IMG/VR virus record: IMGVR_UViG_3300020388_000007
Coordinates: 1-33,485 of that record
Length of the DNA stretch: 33,485 nt
Strand: one strand, 5' to 3'
Origin: a virus
Lineage: Duplodnaviria > Caudoviricetes
Position numbers and translations under genes: made by a program. Shown in pieces: positions 26,950-33,485 of this stretch (the stretch's first letter is position 1; each line of letters starts with the position of its first letter). The notes below the pieces were generated by a model. It saw only the letters and a program-made list of their open reading frames with translations, was not told the origin of the DNA and ran no database searches.

Positions 26950-27244
26950 GTAGTTTTTCCTTTCCATAATAATCTTTAGGTAACTGAAAACCCTTGACTA
27001 TCCTTATTTCTAAAGCCTTGAACATAATATTCTCAACTTCTTTTCTGCCTTCAGTCATAGCCATCTGCTTGGTATCCCAATCAGTTCTATGTTGTGGACC
27101 TAGTACACTATCATCAACAGTCAATCTCCATTTAGTAATACTGTGTTTAAAGTTAGACTTTATCTTTACAATATTAACAACGATCACTTGATCTTGACCA
27201 TAAGATATAGTTGCTTGGTAATGTCCTGGTCTGATGCTTTTCAT
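26939..27244 (-). CDS. Hypothetical protein
   Basis: 101 aa; SD GGGGG upstream. Confidence 0.65.
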   Translation of the reverse strand: MKSIRPGHYQATISYGQDQVIVVNIVKIKSNFKHSITKWRLTVDDSVLGPQHRTDWDTKQMAMTEGRKEVENIMFKALEIRIVKGFQLPKDYYGKEKLHEV

Positions 27245-27246
27245 TC

Positions 27247-27507
27247 TTACCCCCTTGTTTCAAATCGAAACTCATCTAACTGTTTAAGCCACTGCTCTAC
27301 AGTCTTGATGTCCTTAGTTAGTTTATCTCTTAATGATTCAAACTCCTCTAATATTTCATTTTCTATCAGATACAATTCATCTAACTCATTGAGTGCTTGT
27401 ATCCTTCCATTAAGAATAGCATCATGTGGTTGTTTGATTGATTCTCTTACTTTGTTTCTTTGATCCCACAATCTTGCTTTTAAAATCTTTAATCCTTCGG
27501 TATTCAT
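27247..27507 (-). CDS. Hypothetical coiled-coil protein
   Basis: ATG 27507 with SD GGAGG. Confidence 0.65.
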   Translation of the reverse strand: MNTEGLKILKARLWDQRNKVRESIKQPHDAILNGRIQALNELDELYLIENEILEEFESLRDKLTKDIKTVEQWLKQLDEFRFETRG

Positions 27508-27637
27508 TAGCACCTCCTGTACCATTACACATATCACATGTGTCTGAACTCTCTGGATTATTCCAATCTATTATTAATCCAAGTCCAAGACATCTGATAC
27601 ATTTATTCTTTGTATGGTTCTGGAATGTAGTTTTCAT
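27422..27637 (-). CDS. Small protein with DnaJ-type zinc finger
   Basis: Two CxxCxGxG motifs (CIRCLGLG, CDMCNGTG). Confidence 0.6.
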   Translation of the reverse strand: MKTTFQNHTKNKCIRCLGLGLIIDWNNPESSDTCDMCNGTGGANEYRRIKDFKSKIVGSKKQSKRINQTTT

Positions 27638-27836
27638 CTTCAAACCTTTCTCTAACCATCTCTTTGATTTCTTGTGTGTAGATTAGCTTTACTCCATCTT
27701 GAAGCATCTGCTTGACACATGAATCTTCTAGATCTTGATAAGTATCATAGTGTTCATAGTATTTTAAGTAGATCACATCAAACTTGTCTAGCTCATCTTG
27801 TGTGAAACTATCTGCTGGTTCTGGTAATTTTGTCAT
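27603..27836 (-). CDS. Hypothetical acidic protein
   Basis: 77 aa, TAATG-coupled, SD GGAG. Confidence 0.65.
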   Translation of the reverse strand: MTKLPEPADSFTQDELDKFDVIYLKYYEHYDTYQDLEDSCVKQMLQDGVKLIYTQEIKEMVRERFEDENYIPEPYKE

Positions 27837-28150
27837 TACTTTCTCCTTGATTTAGTTTTCTTAATATCTGGTTCTGGTATGTCCTTCAATGTAATTGCAA
27901 TCTTTGTAATCCTATTACATAAGAATACTAGACCAACCCATATAGGTGCTGCTACAACTGACATAATCAATGTAGGATTGATACCGAAGAACAAACTGAA
28001 AGCAATAAGTCCTCCACCAAGACCAATATAAAATAATACAAACGTACCTAGATATTCAGCATTGTTTCTGAACTTGGTAGTCATTAGTGTTTTTAGTAGA
28101 TACTCGAAAAACTTGTCAAAGTATCCAAATAGTATAGACATGCTACGCAT
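27836..28150 (-). CDS. Early membrane protein (2 predicted TM helices)
   Basis: Two hydrophobic segments, a basic C-terminal tail, and a strong SD GGAAGGAG. Confidence 0.7.
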   Translation of the reverse strand: MRSMSILFGYFDKFFEYLLKTLMTTKFRNNAEYLGTFVLFYIGLGGGLIAFSLFFGINPTLIMSVVAAPIWVGLVFLCNRITKIAITLKDIPEPDIKKTKSRRK

Positions 28151-28186
28151 AATATAACTCCTTCCGTAACCTATAATATCAAAAGC

Positions 28187-28258
28187 ATTCGGTATTAGCT
28201 ACTTTAATCCGAATTTTTTTTTGTAAGAGAATGCCAAGCCACTTGTGCCTGGCATTCT
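28187..28258. terminator. Pair of intergenic hairpins (terminator/processing sites)
   Basis: ATTCGG/CCGAAT followed by a T-run on +. AGAATGCCA/TGGCATTCT extends to 12 bp with G-U on -. Confidence 0.5.
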
Positions 28259-28273
28259 ATACACGATTGTTTA

Positions 28274-28777
28274 TTAGAATCCTACCATTTCTGATACGAT
28301 TCTTTTCTTTTCTGCCATTTCTTCAGGTGTCATATTGGACTGTGTCCTCATCTTACCTATTGATGGCTTTGCCACTTTCCTCTCAGTCCACTTCATCTGA
28401 TAAAGCTGTTGATATAAATCACTACATGCTTTGTGTATAGCTGTGTATTTATCCTCCAATGCTTTCCAAGTTTGTGCCTGTTCAATCATATTGTCATGGT
28501 TGATAGTACTGATTTCTGTACCATTAGGTGCTTGTCTTTCATCTGTAAATGTAGACTCTAGCTGATCTTTCCAATACTGTGCATTCTTTGCAAATGATTG
28601 GATACTCTTGTATGTACTGTTGCATAACTGCCACAATAGTAGATCTGTGTAAACACGATCTATCTCATTTGATTCATCAACTAGACTGCCTACCCATTGG
28701 GTCCAGTCCTGTGTATTGTGGTAGTGAATACCATCAATAACATTAGTATTTGTAGTTAGTTTAGTAGGTTGTTTCAT
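28274..28777 (-). CDS. Hypothetical protein
   Basis: 167 aa; SD GGAGG. Confidence 0.75.
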   Translation of the reverse strand: MKQPTKLTTNTNVIDGIHYHNTQDWTQWVGSLVDESNEIDRVYTDLLLWQLCNSTYKSIQSFAKNAQYWKDQLESTFTDERQAPNGTEISTINHDNMIEQAQTWKALEDKYTAIHKACSDLYQQLYQMKWTERKVAKPSIGKMRTQSNMTPEEMAEKKRIVSEMVGF

Positions 28778-28931
28778 CTAATACCTCCATATTTTCATCA
28801 AACTCATCTGTACTATTTACTATCTGTGCATACTCTCTGAACAACTTAGCCTCATCTGGCTTACCTTCTTCATCAGCTTTTCTAGCTTTATCTAGTAATT
28901 CTAGAAATTTGATATCATTCCAATCAGTCAT
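28761..28931 (-). CDS. Hypothetical 56-aa protein MTDWNDIKFLELLDKARKADEEGK... (not in ORF track)
   Basis: SD AAGGAG 6 nt before ATG 28931; fills the gap between two minus-strand genes. Confidence 0.65.
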   Translation of the reverse strand: MTDWNDIKFLELLDKARKADEEGKPDEAKLFREYAQIVNSTDEFDENMEVLDETTY

Positions 28932-29106
28932 TTTGATCTCCTTTTCCTTTTAATATCTGCTCTTGCAGTTCCTCTATGGCGTCATGCCATCCTTTGTAAT
29001 AATCCCAAGTTTCATCAGAATCATAACATTTAGATAGTGCATCTTGTTTCTTCCACTTCATATTATTCAGTAGAATCCAACAAGTTTTTGTATCAAGATT
29101 TTCCAT
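28924..29106 (-). CDS. First early gene, hypothetical 60-aa protein
   Basis: SD AAGGAG; YYKGWHDAIEEL motif. Confidence 0.65.
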   Translation of the reverse strand: MENLDTKTCWILLNNMKWKKQDALSKCYDSDETWDYYKGWHDAIEELQEQILKGKGDQND

Positions 29107-29113
29107 AGTATAA

Positions 29114-29495
29114 TCTCCTTTCTTGATTCTTGATTAAAGCATAGTCTTTAGTCCTTGTTTGCGAGGAACGAGCTTATCATATTGATCGCAGTCTACTTGG
29201 ACTGTCGTCAAGATGACGATCTTTCGTGGTTCAGCGATACTTATCGCAGCGAAAGATTGCTAGGACTACTATGATATAATTGAGAATCAAGAGAGAGAGA
29301 TAGCACTGAAGATCATACAGGCGTAAGCTGACTGCTTGGCAGTCAAGATAAGAAGGATCGAGAAGTGCCAGTCCTGTGGACTGACTGTCTGATACACCTC
29401 GAATCTAAAGGTGAAAGGGAGAGTTTGAGAGGGAAGGGGAACACATCCCTCTCATCAGAGATGCAAACGAGTATCGTTGATACAAACGTTTACAA
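29114..29495 (+). ncRNA. Large multi-domain folded element (ncRNA or ssDNA origin/pac structure)
   Basis: Long-range stem 29114-29155/29262-29298 enclosing several hairpins, plus more hairpins to about 29490; G-T pairs favour the + strand. Confidence 0.5.
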
Positions 29496-29502
29496 TTTAG
29501 TG

Positions 29503-29530
29503 CTTGACATGGTTACGTTCATGTTTACAT
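29503..29530 (+). promoter_or_regulatory. Putative sigma70 promoter for terS (leaderless)
   Basis: CTTGAC-N16-TTACAT ending 8 nt before ATG 29539; no SD. Confidence 0.5.
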
Positions 29531-29538
29531 CTATCGTA

Positions 29539-29925
29539 ATGGCAAGAACACAATTAGGCAAGAAAGATGGTTTGACATACAAACAAAGAGCATTAGTTGA
29601 TACCCTCGTAGCAACAGGATGTACCATAACCGAAGCCTCTCAGAAGGCTGGTTATTCTAAGGGAGAAAGTGGTAGAGTAGTAGCTAGTAGGACACTACGA
29701 TTGCCAAAGGTACAGGCGTACCTACAACAGGAAGTGTCCAACAAGTTAGGACTAGGATCAGTCCACGCATCCTCTACTCTTCTACACTTAATACAAAATG
29801 GGAAGAGCGAGTATGTTAGACTGGAAGCTAGTAAGGATCTCCTAGATAGGATAGGGATGAGAGCTCCTGATAAGGTACAACACCAGGTCGCAGGAAACAT
29901 CTCTATCAACATAGACTTAGATTAG
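29539..29925 (+). CDS. terS: Terminase small subunit
   Basis: LTYKQR...TEASQKAGYS...ASRTLRLPKVQAYL HTH pattern, RLEASKDLLDR, and terminal ISINIDL. Confidence 0.85.
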   Translation: MARTQLGKKDGLTYKQRALVDTLVATGCTITEASQKAGYSKGESGRVVASRTLRLPKVQAYLQQEVSNKLGLGSVHASSTLLHLIQNGKSEYVRLEASKDLLDRIGMRAPDKVQHQVAGNISINIDLD

Positions 29926-30033
29926 GATACGGGGGTTTGAAATATGCAAAGACATAAGAGGAAAAGGTCCTATACAAACAATATAGTTGAAAAAAGCACT
30001 TCAAAAAAATATTTATTATAGTAAGGTTCGATC

Positions 30034-30291
30034 ATGGCAGATCCTCGAATAAAGAGAGCTGGAGTAAGTGGTTTTAATAAACCTAAAAGAACTCCTGGAC
30101 ATAAGACTAAATCACACATAGTGGTAGCTAAGTCTGGAGATAAAGTTAAGACTATTAGGTTTGGACAACAAGGAAAGACAGGAGATAGAACTATGACAAA
30201 GAGAGCAAAGTCTTTTAAGGCAAGACACGCCAAGAATATAGCGAAAGGTAATATGTCAGCTGCATACTGGGCGAATAGGGTGAAGTGGTGA
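30034..30291 (+). CDS. Small basic phage protein
   Basis: 85 aa, K/R-rich; KTIRFGQQG...SFKARH...SAAYWA...W. Confidence 0.75.
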   Translation: MADPRIKRAGVSGFNKPKRTPGHKTKSHIVVAKSGDKVKTIRFGQQGKTGDRTMTKRAKSFKARHAKNIAKGNMSAAYWANRVKW

Positions 30292-30455
30292 GTACAGTTA
30301 ATAAAGCTGGGAACTATACTAAACCCACAATGAGAAAGAGAATCTTTCAAAGAATAAAATCAGGAACAAAAGGTGGTAATGCTGGACAGTGGAGTGCGAG
30401 AAAGGCACAAATGTTAGCAGTTGCTTATAAGAAAGCTGGAGGAGGTTATAAATAA
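30288..30455 (+). CDS. Small basic protein (DUF5872-like; not in ORF track)
   Basis: GTG start; MSTVNKAGNYTKPTMRKRIFQRIKSGTKGGNAGQWSARKAQMLAVAYKKAGGGYK. Confidence 0.75.
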   Translation: MSTVNKAGNYTKPTMRKRIFQRIKSGTKGGNAGQWSARKAQMLAVAYKKAGGGYK

Positions 30456-30622
30456 TGGGAAAAACAAAACATTACTTCAAGAATGGTACAGAGTACAAAG
30501 GAGCTACACACAAGATGCCTAATGGATCATTACACAGTGGTAAGACACATGGTTCTGGCAGTAAAGTTGTAGTACATTTTAAAGATTTAAGTGCTAGTTC
30601 TAAGAAAAAAGCCAAGGCATAA
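30455..30622 (+). CDS. Small basic His-rich protein (not in ORF track)
   Basis: MGKTKHYFKNGTEYKGATHKMPNGSLHSGKTH...; TAATG-coupled on both sides. Confidence 0.75.
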   Translation: MGKTKHYFKNGTEYKGATHKMPNGSLHSGKTHGSGSKVVVHFKDLSASSKKKAKA

Positions 30623-30870
30623 TGGCTCTAGCTAAATCTCAACGTAGTTTAAAGGCTTGGTCTAAACAGAAATGGAGAACCAAGTCAGGGAAACCCAGTG
30701 CAAAAACTGGGGAAAGATACTTACCAGAAGCAGCAATCAAGTCATTGACAGATTCTGAGTATGCGTCTACTACTAGAGCTAAGAGAAAAGGCACTAGAAA
30801 AGGTAAGCAGTTTGTTAAACAACCTAAATCTATTGCAGCAAAAACAAGAGCATATAGGAGTATAAAATAA
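30622..30870 (+). CDS. Small basic protein
   Basis: 82 aa; QRSLKAWSKQKW...ERYLPEAA...GKQFVKQP. Confidence 0.75.
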   Translation: MALAKSQRSLKAWSKQKWRTKSGKPSAKTGERYLPEAAIKSLTDSEYASTTRAKRKGTRKGKQFVKQPKSIAAKTRAYRSIK

Positions 30871-30977
30871 TGTATGGAATGAAAAAAGCCAGTGGATCTA
30901 AGAAGCTAAAAGGTAAACAAAACAAATTACCACCAGCTTTAAAGAAAAAAATTATGGCAAGTAAAAAGAAAAAGTAA
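30870..30977 (+). CDS. 35-aa Lys-rich peptide (not in ORF track)
   Basis: MYGMKKASGSKKLKGKQNKLPPALKKKIMASKKKK; SD GGAG, TAATG-coupled. Confidence 0.65.
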   Translation: MYGMKKASGSKKLKGKQNKLPPALKKKIMASKKKK

Positions 30978-30987
30978 GGAGCTAGTT

Positions 30988-31095
30988 ATGTATAATAAAT
31001 TACTAGATCGTTGGAATAACCTTAATAAAAAAGGTAAGACTTTAGTTGTTGCAGTAGCTGTTATTATAGTAATTGTAATAGTACAGTCTGCATGA
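30988..31095 (+). CDS. 35-aa single-TM peptide (not in ORF track)
   Basis: SD AAGGAG; MYNKLLDRWNNLNKKGKTLVVAVAVIIVIVIVQSA; ATGA overlap with the next gene. Confidence 0.65.
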   Translation: MYNKLLDRWNNLNKKGKTLVVAVAVIIVIVIVQSA

Positions 31096-31289
31096 CACAA
31101 CAATACGCACAGGATCTTATATCTTTTCAAGACAGAATGAAGTTAAGAAAGATAGTTAAGAAGGTACATTTCTCTCATTATCCTAAAGAATTTATTACAG
31201 ATAAAGAAGCAGATATGTTTATTGAATCGTTACTACCAGATACTATTTACAAGTTAATTAAAGCTGGTACTGATTCCAATACTGTGTGA
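31092..31289 (+). CDS. Hypothetical protein
   Basis: 65 aa, coupled to the terminase large subunit gene. Confidence 0.7.
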   Translation: MTQQYAQDLISFQDRMKLRKIVKKVHFSHYPKEFITDKEADMFIESLLPDTIYKLIKAGTDSNTV

Positions 31290-32809
31290 GTGGACTAGAT
31301 TACAAAGCACCTGGAGAAGTTATTAAATCCTTTATGAAGGATAATAGCTTCTTTAGAGGTGTCCGAGGTCCAGTAGGATCAGGCAAATCAGTATCTTGTT
31401 GTATAGAAATATTTAGAAGAGCTGCCAAACAACAACCATCTCCTGATGGTAAGAGAAAATCTAGATGGGCAGTAATCAGAAACACAAACCCTCAGTTAAA
31501 AACTACTACCATGAAAACATGGTTAGATTGGTTTCCAGAAAATTTATTTGGTAACTTTACTTACTCAGTACCTTTTACACATCATATAAAGATTAATGAT
31601 ATTGAGTTAGAAGTTATATTCTTAGCATTAGATAGACCAGAAGATGTAAAGAAACTACTGTCATTAGAACTAACAGGAGTATGGATTAATGAAGCTAGAG
31701 AGATTCCTAAATCTATTGTAGATGCTTGTACTATGCGTGTAGGTAGATTTCCATCTATGAAAGATGGTGGACCTACATGGTATGGTGTTATAGCAGATAC
31801 AAATGCACCAGATGAAGATCATTGGTGGTCCATAATGTCTGGTGAAGTACCAGTGCCAGATCATATGAACCAAGAAGATTCATTAATGTTAGTCAAGCCT
31901 GACAACTGGAAATTTTTTGTACAACCTCCAGGCATGATAGAAAAGAAAGAAGATGATAAGATTAAAGGTTATGAACTAAATACAACAGCAGAAAACATTA
32001 AGAATGTTACTCCTGAGTATTATAGTAATATTATTAGAGGTAAATCAAAGTCATGGATAGATGTTTATGTTTTAAATAGATTAGGAACTATAGAGGATGG
32101 AAAGTTAGTCTATGGTTCATTTAGAGAAGATACACATTTAGCTAGTGAGAATATAGAATTTGCAGATACTACAGTATATATAGGTTTAGACTTTGGACTA
32201 ACACCTTCTGCTGTATTTGGACAGAAACTTCCTGATGGTAGATGGATTATAAACCATGAGTTAGTTTGTTTTGATATTGGTACAGTTAAGTTTAGTGAGA
32301 TGCTAAAGTATGATATAATTAAATACTGTGCAGATAAAGATTTAAAAATATTTGGTGATCCAGCTGGTGATTTTAGGGCACAGACAGATGAAACTACTCC
32401 TTTTCAGATACTTAGACAGCAAGGTATACAAGCCTTTCCAGCACCATCAAATGATGTAGCTCTACGAATCGAATCAGTAGAATCTGCATTGAACAGGATG
32501 GTTGATGGTAAAGCTGGATTTTTACTATCGCCATCCTGTAATCAGTTAAGAAAAGGTTTTTTAGGTGGGTATCATTATAGAAGAATACAAACATCTGGCG
32601 AAAGATATGAAGATAGACCAAATAAGAATAAGTTTTCTCATGTCCATGATGCACTACAATATCTTATGTTAGGAGCTGGAGAAGGAAGATCATTGACTGT
32701 AGGATCACAAAAACAAGGTGTTACAAATGTTTACAAAAGTTGGGATCTATATAATAGAAATGCTGTAAATAAAAGGGGAAAATGGGATATTTACCGAAAG
32801 AATGGGTAG
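31286..32809 (+). CDS. terL: Terminase large subunit
   Basis: Walker A GPVGSGKS, Walker B VWINEARE, DTN coupling motif, nuclease GLDFG, GDPAG and HVHDALQY. Confidence 0.95.
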   Translation: MSGLDYKAPGEVIKSFMKDNSFFRGVRGPVGSGKSVSCCIEIFRRAAKQQPSPDGKRKSRWAVIRNTNPQLKTTTMKTWLDWFPENLFGNFTYSVPFTHHIKINDIELEVIFLALDRPEDVKKLLSLELTGVWINEAREIPKSIVDACTMRVGRFPSMKDGGPTWYGVIADTNAPDEDHWWSIMSGEVPVPDHMNQEDSLMLVKPDNWKFFVQPPGMIEKKEDDKIKGYELNTTAENIKNVTPEYYSNIIRGKSKSWIDVYVLNRLGTIEDGKLVYGSFREDTHLASENIEFADTTVYIGLDFGLTPSAVFGQKLPDGRWIINHELVCFDIGTVKFSEMLKYDIIKYCADKDLKIFGDPAGDFRAQTDETTPFQILRQQGIQAFPAPSNDVALRIESVESALNRMVDGKAGFLLSPSCNQLRKGFLGGYHYRRIQTSGERYEDRPNKNKFSHVHDALQYLMLGAGEGRSLTVGSQKQGVTNVYKSWDLYNRNAVNKRGKWDIYRKNG

Positions 32810-33222
32810 TTTTTTTTTACGATCCACCTAATGAGGAATGGTATCATATCTTTAGAAAAAAAGGAATGGCTCATTGTGGAGCTTGTTATTTTGATACACA
32901 AAAAAATGTATGGGTAATTATAGAACATATACATAAAAGGATTGATATATCTTTATTACAAGGATCAGAAGTAGATAAAGTATTTGGATTTATACTAGCT
33001 AACAATGGAGTATTTTTAAAAACTAAAAGATTTAAACATAAATGGAGATTATTCCAAGCTGCATGGTTAAGAGAACATAGTTGTGTAACTATAGTTATGA
33101 GATTAATTGGAATAAATAGATTGATTATTACACCTTTTCAGTTATATAAATACTTAATAAAGAATGGAAGCACCAAATGGGCATTTTTAGAACACCAAAA
33201 TACAAACCAGATCCAGAGCTAG
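32782..33222 (+). CDS. Hypothetical protein, possible permuted papain-like fold
   Basis: AHCGA...HSCV...ITPFQLYKYL shows His-before-Cys order. Confidence 0.6.
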   Translation: MGYLPKEWVVFFYDPPNEEWYHIFRKKGMAHCGACYFDTQKNVWVIIEHIHKRIDISLLQGSEVDKVFGFILANNGVFLKTKRFKHKWRLFQAAWLREHSCVTIVMRLIGINRLIITPFQLYKYLIKNGSTKWAFLEHQNTNQIQS

Positions 33223-33389
33223 AAAAAAAGCTAAAAGAAGAAAGAGAAAGAGAAGAAGAAAAAAAGAAAGAATTAGAAGCTAAAGAAAAAAGATTTAAAG
33301 AAAGATTTGCTAAAGGTGTTATTGGTCAAAGAAGTTTATTCAGTAGAGCTGGTGGTCAAGGTTTTTATACAGATGGGGAACAAACATAA
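33177..33389 (+). CDS. Small charged coiled-coil protein
   Basis: 70 aa; GQRSLF motif; coupled to the downstream gene. Confidence 0.7.
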   Translation: MGIFRTPKYKPDPELEKKLKEEREREEEKKKELEAKEKRFKERFAKGVIGQRSLFSRAGGQGFYTDGEQT

Positions 33390-33408
33390 TGGGATCTAAT
33401 ACTTCAGC

Positions 33409-33485
33409 ATCAGGAGGAATGGCATCTTCTACTGGAGGTACACCAAAAGCAATTAATGAAAATGCTAAAATAAAAAGAGCTGGAA
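33409..33485. repeat. Terminal direct repeat (copy 2); circular-assembly overlap
   Basis: Identical to 1-77. A 77-bp overlap is typical of a de Bruijn assembler closing a circle. Confidence 0.95.

Noticed and set aside
29160-29260. tRNA or hammerhead ribozyme within the folded regions
   Set aside because: I found no T-loop GTTCRA cloverleaf or CUGANGA/GAAA core in a proper context by eye. tRNAscan/Infernal would be decisive.
29365-29538. N-terminal extension of terS from GTG 29365
   Set aside because: It runs through hairpins and a promoter-like sequence; the TerS pattern begins after ATG 29539.
33409-33485. 77-bp terminal repeat as a biological direct terminal repeat
   Set aside because: It falls inside a CDS and equals a common assembler k-mer length, so it is best read as a circularisation overlap.

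Overview
The window is an apparently complete, AT-rich podovirus genome. Bases 1-77 recur at 33409-33485, giving a circular or circularly permuted unit of 33,408 bp. The + strand carries terminase small subunit, a cluster of tiny basic proteins, terminase large subunit, portal, scaffold, major capsid, tail tubular A/B, three internal virion proteins, a repeat-rich tail fibre with an array of small paralogous C1q/TNF-like proteins, a lysis cassette, a metallophosphoesterase and an HNH-like protein. The - strand (22912-29106) carries an early/recombination block with SSB, a Rad52/Sak-like annealing protein, YqaJ exonuclease, DUF3310, a DUF932-like protein and many small unknowns. I recognise no DNA/RNA polymerase, primase, helicase, integrase or repressor. 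Gene order and promoter shape suggest an HTVC010P-like marine phage of Alphaproteobacteria, possibly SAR11 (inference). The most unusual signals are non-coding: (1) a hairpin at 25868-25921 whose loop is complementary to the ribosome-binding/start region of two upstream early genes; (2) a ~380-nt multi-domain folded element between the divergent early and terminase units; (3) a second structured, repeat-bearing ~280-nt intergenic element; (4) a capsid-leader hairpin with tandem internal loops. All family assignments come from motif recognition by eye, not database searches.
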